Below are positions 58,928 through 64,000 of a stretch of DNA of 64,000 bases, piece after piece. A program made the position numbers and the translations under genes. The stretch spans positions 96,001-160,000 of the forward strand of contig CAVTHK010000007.1 of assembly GCA_963734495.1 (NCBI GenBank), in the 5' to 3' direction. The DNA comes from an uncultured Spirochaetota bacterium (GTDB taxonomy: Bacteria > Spirochaetota > Spirochaetia > SZUA-6 > CAVTHK01). The notes beneath the pieces are model-generated. The model made no database searches. It had not been told where the DNA came from and worked only from the letters and a program-made list of their open reading frames with translations. How positions within the stretch are numbered: position 1 is the stretch's first letter; each line of letters begins with the position of its first letter.

Positions 58928-60898
58928 CTACAGCTTCGCCAGCAGCGCCTCGGCTTCGGCCCTCTGGCCGTAGTCCGGCTTCTTCCTGAGAAGCGTCTCG
59001 AGCAGGTTCTTCGCCGTGGCCTTGTCGCCCTGCTTGACCAGCAGCTTGGAAAGCTGGAAGTAGGCATCCCAGTACGTCGCGTCGATCTTGATCAGCTCGG
59101 AGAACGCGCGGCTCGCGTCCGCGTCGCGGCCGGTTTCCAGGTACGACAGGCCCAGGTTGTACCTGGGGTCCCTCGCGTCGCCCTTGAGCGAGATGGCCTT
59201 GAGGAAGTAGCTGATGCTCTGCTCGTGAAGGCCTTTGTGCATGTACACGTTCCCCAGGTTGTTGTTCACCAGGTAGTTGTTGGGCGCGAGCTGATACGCC
59301 CTCGTGAGCAGCTGCAGCGAGTTGTCGTAGAGCCCCTTGCCGTCGTACAGCCCCCCGAGGTTGATGAGCGGCTCGGGATAGGTGGGATCGAGCGTGACCG
59401 CCTGCGAGTAGAGCCTGATCGCCTCGTCGGTCCTGCCCCTCCGCTCCTGGACCACGCCGGCCTGGAAATTGTAGAGGGCGGAGCCGGGCTCGAGCTCCAC
59501 GGCGCGCGAGGCGTACGCGAGCGCGTCCTCGTACTTGCCCTGCGCAACGAGGGCCTGTGACATGTTGAACTGCGTGATGCTGCTCTGCGCATCCTGGGCC
59601 AGAGCCGTGCGCAGGCGGGATTCCGCTTCGGCGGCCCTGCCGAGCGTCAACAGGGTAGTCCCCGCCTTCCTGTAGTAGCCCGGCTCCTGAGGATTGATGC
59701 GGCTCGCCTGGTCGTACGCGGCGACCGCGCCCGCGAGGTCGCCCTGCTGGCGGAGCACCTCGCCGATGTAGTACTGCACCACGTCGTCGTTGCGCTCGAG
59801 CGCGGCGGCCCGGCGCAGCGAGGCGAGCGCGCGGGAGGGCTGGTTGAGCACCATGAGCGTGCGACCGAGCCGGAAGTGAGCCGGGTAGAAATCATCCTTG
59901 GCGTGGATCGAGGCCTCGAACGACTGCTGCGCGTCGCCGTACCTCGACGCGTTGTACTGGGCGACGCCCAGATTGTACAGAAGAAGGTAATCGTTCGGCT
60001 TGAGCCGCGCCGCCTCCTTGAGCTCGGTGATCGCGGCATCCCAGTTCCGCTGGTCCAGGTAGATCTGCCCGAGCGTCTTGTGCGGCACCCAGAGCGCCGG
60101 ATCCTTTTCGATCGCCTTGTTGGCGTTGTAGACCGCCTGCTCGACATCCTGCGGGTTCTTCGGGTCCTCCAGGTACCAGGCTTCGCCGGTGTACGCATAG
60201 GCCTGCGCGGAATCGGGGTCGAGCGCGAGCACGTCCTTGTAGGTCCTGCGCGCGCCCGGGTAGTCCTTGGCCGCCATCTGCCGGGCCGCGCGGTCGAGCA
60301 GCTCGTTGATCTTGCGCACCCGCTCCGCCTCGGCGGCGTTTCTCTCCTTGGCCGGGTCCGCCTTGACGACCTCGACGACGGGGGGCGGCGCGGCCGGCCC
60401 TTGCGCCTTGCCCTCGCGGGGCTCGGTGCGCTGGATGCGGTCGACGATGCGGGCGAGGTCCTGCTCGCCGCGCTTCGCCTGCGCCTCGCGCTCCTGCCGG
60501 GCCTGCTCCTCCGCCCGGGATTCGGCAGCGCGCTTCTGCTCGAGGATGCGCGCCTGGGCCGCGATCGCATCCTTGTTGCCCGCATCCTTGAGCAGGACCT
60601 GGTCGATGATGTCGAGCGCGCGGCCGTACTCGCCCTGCCCCGCGTAGCGCTCGGCGAGCGCCAGCGCGTTGCGCGGCGTCGGTGCCGCCGCCCGTGGCGC
60701 GCGCCGCCGCCAGGAGCCGCGGCCCGTAGAAGACGCCCCCGGCGCCGAGGCCGAGCAGCAGCAGGACGACGACGGCGAGGAGGGCCCACCGCGAGGCCGA
60801 CCGCCTTCTCGGGCTCGGGCGGCGTCGCGCCGCGGCGCGGCGGCGCCTCCGCGGCGGACGGCCGCAGGCTTGCGCGGGTTCGAAGGCTTTCTGTTCAT
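58928..60898 (-). CDS. Membrane-anchored multi-TPR protein (compensating frameshifts, ~60690-60800)
   Basis: More than 10 TPRs; TM segment LLAVVVLLLLGLGAGG lies in another frame. Confidence 0.85.
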   Translation of the reverse strand: MNRKPSNPRKPAAVRRGGAAAPRRDAARAREGGRPRGGPSSPSSSCCCSASAPGASSTGRGSWRRRAPRAAAPTPRNALALAERYAGQGEYGRALDIIDQVLLKDAGNKDAIAAQARILEQKRAAESRAEEQARQEREAQAKRGEQDLARIVDRIQRTEPREGKAQGPAAPPPVVEVVKADPAKERNAAEAERVRKINELLDRAARQMAAKDYPGARRTYKDVLALDPDSAQAYAYTGEAWYLEDPKNPQDVEQAVYNANKAIEKDPALWVPHKTLGQIYLDQRNWDAAITELKEAARLKPNDYLLLYNLGVAQYNASRYGDAQQSFEASIHAKDDFYPAHFRLGRTLMVLNQPSRALASLRRAAALERNDDVVQYYIGEVLRQQGDLAGAVAAYDQASRINPQEPGYYRKAGTTLLTLGRAAEAESRLRTALAQDAQSSITQFNMSQALVAQGKYEDALAYASRAVELEPGSALYNFQAGVVQERRGRTDEAIRLYSQAVTLDPTYPEPLINLGGLYDGKGLYDNSLQLLTRAYQLAPNNYLVNNNLGNVYMHKGLHEQSISYFLKAISLKGDARDPRYNLGLSYLETGRDADASRAFSELIKIDATYWDAYFQLSKLLVKQGDKATAKNLLETLLRKKPDYGQRAEAEALLAKL

Positions 60899-61581
60899 TG
60901 CTTGATGTCGAAGTCCTTTTCCTTTTCCTCGAGGATCCTGTCCGACTTGGTGGAAAGGTTCCGGGCGTCGTCGGAGGCGTTCTTCAGAGCGTTGAGCACC
61001 TGGTCCATCAGCGCCCTCTCGCGCTCCTTGCGGTCGCGCTCCTCCGCGTCCTTCTGCTGCAGGAACGCGGTAAGCCGCCGGATCATCTCCTCGACGTCCG
61101 GCCGGTGCCGCGACTGCGGGGCCACCTGCAGGTACATCGTGTAGTCGGCGAGGGCTCCCTGGTAGTTCTTGAGGTTGACGCGGGAGTTGGCGCGATTGAG
61201 CCACGGTTGCGGAAGCGTGTCCTTGAGGGCGATCGCTTGCCCGTACATCTTCTCCGCCTGCTGCGAGGTTCGCCCCGGCGGAAGTAGTTGTCGCCTATGT
61301 TGAGGTAGAAGACCGGCTTGAGGTCGCCCGGCGAGCGGCAGCCCTCGCTGGAGAATGCCGATCGCCTTGTCCGCGTCGCCGAGCTGCTCGTAGACGATGC
61401 CGAGGTAGACGTAGATCTTCGCGTTCGTCGGCTCGGCGGCAAGCGCCTCCTCGAGCAGGGCGCGCGCCTGCACCGGCTTGTTCGCCGCGTAGAGCTTTTC
61501 GCCTTCCTCGAACGAGGTACCGGCTCTCGCGAGCGCCGCCGCGACCGCTGCCAGCCACAGGACGGCGAGTCTCGTCTTCAT
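60895..61581 (-). CDS. Exported TPR protein (compensating frameshifts, ~61265-61335)
   Basis: Signal peptide MKTRLAVLW; YVYLGIVYEQLG; alternative frame supplies FYLNIGDNYF. Confidence 0.82.
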   Translation of the reverse strand: MKTRLAVLWLAAVAAALARAGTSFEEGEKLYAANKPVQARALLEEALAAEPTNAKIYVYLGIVYEQLGDADKAIGILQRGLPLAGRPQAGLLPQHRRQLLPPGRTSQQAEKMYGQAIALKDTLPQPWLNRANSRVNLKNYQGALADYTMYLQVAPQSRHRPDVEEMIRRLTAFLQQKDAEERDRKERERALMDQVLNALKNASDDARNLSTKSDRILEEKEKDFDIKQ

Positions 61582-61667
61582 CGCCCCTCCCCCACCCAAG
61601 TATAGCGCGCCCGGCCGCGGGCCGCAGTCGGGGCCGCGACCGGGGCCGCGACCGCACGGGTTTCGGT

Positions 61668-61696
61668 TTGACTAAACCGCTCGAACCGATTACTGT
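61668..61696 (+). promoter_or_regulatory. Putative promoter with an inverted repeat over the -35 box
   Basis: TTGACT-17 nt-TACTGT; CGGTTT-GACT-AAACCG at 61664-61679. Confidence 0.45.
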
Positions 61697-61809
61697 AGCC
61701 GACGCGCGCTGACCGTGGTCCTGGTCCCCATTCTAATGCTCGGTAGCGGGCCCTCTGTCTTGATCATAATGCCGGTCCAGGCGCTTGGGGCGGAGCGAGG
61801 CGGGGCTGC

Positions 61810-62490
61810 GTGAAGATCCTCGGCGTGGCCGACCACATCGACCCTATCGTCTACTCCAGCGCCATCCGCGAGCGCTTCGGCGACGTGGACCTGGTCATCG
61901 GCGCCGGCGACCTTCCCATGGACTATCTGGACTTCATCTGCACGACCCTGGGCAAGCCCCTGGTCTTCGTGTTCGGCAACCACAACCTCACCGGTTTCCA
62001 CGACTTCAACCCGTCGGCCGACTCCTACGAGAAGAGCAGCAGAGCTGGACGCTCGGGAAGCTGCACGGCCCCGGCGGTCTGTATATTGACCGCAAGGTGA
62101 TCCGGATCAAGGGGCTTCTGATCGCCGGGACTCGGCGGGAGCCCCTGGTACAACGGGGGCGACAACCAGTTCAGCGAGCGGAGCATGTTCTTGCGGGCGC
62201 TCGGCCTCGCTCCGCGGCTCGTCTGGAACAAGCTCAGGCACGGCCGGTACCTCGACGTGCTCGTCACTCACGCCGCGCCGTTCGGCGTGCAGGACGGCAC
62301 CGATCGCGCGCATCTCGGCTTCAGGACCTTTCTCTGGATCATGAAGAAGTTCAAGCCCCGCTACCTCATCCACGGTCACGTGCACCTCTGGGACCGAAAC
62401 CAGCCGCGCGTCTCGCGATTCCACGAAACCACGGTGGTCAACGCGTACGATCACGTTGTCGTGCCATCCCGGAGAGGAGCCCGATGTCCG
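61810..62490 (+). CDS. Calcineurin-like metallophosphoesterase (about 3 apparent frameshifts; end approximate)
   Basis: VADH, GAGDL, FGNHN, LVTHAAP, IHGHVH over three frames. Confidence 0.82.
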
Positions 62491-63402
62491 ATCTTGATTT
62501 CCGCCGCATGGCGGACGCCGACTTTCAGAAGGCACGATCCCGCCAGTTGTTCTCGAGGCTGCTATCGATCCTCCAGGGCCAGAGGGACGACATGCTGTCG
62601 TTCCACGACGTGCGCACGATCCTCAGGCCCCGGTCCGAGACCTACCTCGGGATGCGGACGGTGCCGGTGGCGAGGATCGTGGGCAGCGAGGGCCGCTACC
62701 GCGACTTCAACCGCTCGTTCCTGCCGCGGCGCCAGCACCTGAAGCCGCGATGGACGAACGTCGACCTCGCTCACTACCGCGAGGTCAACCTTCCGCCGAT
62801 CACGCTCTACGAGATCGGCGGCATCTACTTCGTGCGCGACGGCAATCACCGGGTGTCGGTGGCGCGCACCCGCGGCGTCGAGTTCATCGACGCCGAGGTC
62901 GTGTCGCTGAACGCGGAGATCAAGCTCGAGCCGGGGGTGACCGACGAGGACCTGCGGCGCAAGGTCCTCGAGTTCGAGCGCAAGCGCTTCTTCGAGAGCA
63001 CGCGGCTCGACGAGCTGCGGCCGGGATGCGACCTGGAGTTCACGGCCGACCGGCCGCTACGACGAGATCATCATGCACATCAACGGGCACAAGTACTTCA
63101 TCAACCAGGACAAGGAGTACGAGATCCCGTTCGAGCAGGGGATGCTCTCGTGGTACGACACGGTGTACCTGCCCATCGTGGCGATCATCAAGGAGCACAA
63201 CGTCCTCTCGAGGTTCCCCGGCCGCACCGCGGCTGACCTCTACGTCTGGACGGTGCGTCACTGGGACGAGCTCAAGCGCAGGTACGGACCGCGCTACCAG
63301 ATGAAGGACGCCATCCTCGATTTCTCGCAGCGCTACGGCCAGGGGTTCTGGGAGCGGATCCGCAAGACCGCGGCCGCGCTCTTCGGGCGGCGCCCGCGGT
63401 AG
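62484..63402 (+). CDS. ParB/Srx-like fold + DUF4032-like protein (apparent frameshift, ~63048)
   Basis: IVGSEGRYRDF, LPPITLY, YFVRDGNHRVSVA, RTAADLYVW; AGGAG RBS. Confidence 0.8.
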
Positions 63403-63403
63403 G

Positions 63404-64000
63404 CTACCGCGGCGGGTTCTCTCGGCGGTAGGGGCCCGAGAGCAGACCGACGCGGCGCGCGGGGTCCGCGACGTAGACGTAGTAGGTGCCCACCCTGTCC
63501 CAGACCACGCCCGCCGGCGGCGCGGCCGCCACCAGCTCTCCACCCGCGGAGAAGGCCCAGATCCAGGCGTTCGGCGGGTCGACAGCCACGCGTCCGCCCT
63601 GGTCCCGAGCGCGCGGAAAGCGCAGATCGCTGACGGACGCGGCGTCGAGACGCACCTGCCGCTCGACGGTCTGGCCCGAAGCATCCTGAAGGACGACCCG
63701 GTACGAACCGGTCGGCACCTGCCAGCCGACGGCAGCGCCAGCGAATAGGTCCCGATCCACCCGCCGCCCGCGTTCTGCCACGATCCGCTCGGGATCTCCC
63801 AGAAGAGGTCCTTCGCGTCGTTGATCAGGTAGACGTCTGACAGGTCATCGTTGCCGTCGGGATCCGACGCCTGCAGGTACAGCCGCAGCCGCGCCTCGAT
63901 CGAGCCGCTCGCGGGATCACGAACGTAGATGGGCTTGAGATCGACCTGACCGATTTCGGGTGGCTTGCCGGTGCATCCCGCGAGCCCGGCCGCCGCCAGC
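63404..64000 (-). CDS. Putative lipoprotein, 5' end outside the window (apparent frameshift, ~63730)
   Basis: Minus strand reads ..AAAGLAGCTGKPPEI.. (lipobox LAGC), then DPDGNDDL, continuing into ORF 63404-63781. Confidence 0.7.

Noticed and set aside
62484-63402. Chromosome-partition ParB
   Set aside because: No parA neighbour and no HTH or dimerisation region evident

Overview
High-GC bacterial chromosomal segment whose gene content points to a free-living spirochaete. The indicators are a long GreA, tamB-bamA-skp-mutS, M23-bactofilin-yaaR-PSP1, rho-rpmE, and many TPR and lipoprotein genes; this taxonomy is an inference. The window holds about 50 mostly housekeeping CDS: yebC-ruvCAB-queA, tmk, two lnt paralogs, purFMD, mrfAB-like helicase/exonuclease, glgC, rpmB, rpsT and mutL. 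I found no rRNA, tRNA, CRISPR array or transposase. At least 15 single-base frameshifts, one of them in bamA, look like long-read indel errors, not biology. Two things stand out. (1) A dispersed, modular intergenic hairpin family at about 4.1, 7.6-7.8, 20.5, 23.3, 27.7, 35.5 and 47.9-48.2 kb. Its stems vary and covary, but two loops are fixed: G-AGTA-C, and CA-NGGA-TG, which matches the CsrA/RsmA site consensus. Copies repeatedly start at a TGA stop codon and/or end at a TTGAC -35 box. (2) A three-gene outer-membrane locus at 48.7-57.1 kb: a giant SprA/Sov-like protein plus two paralogous barrel-like proteins, one fused to a FecR-like domain. All calls are by eye from motifs; no searches were run.
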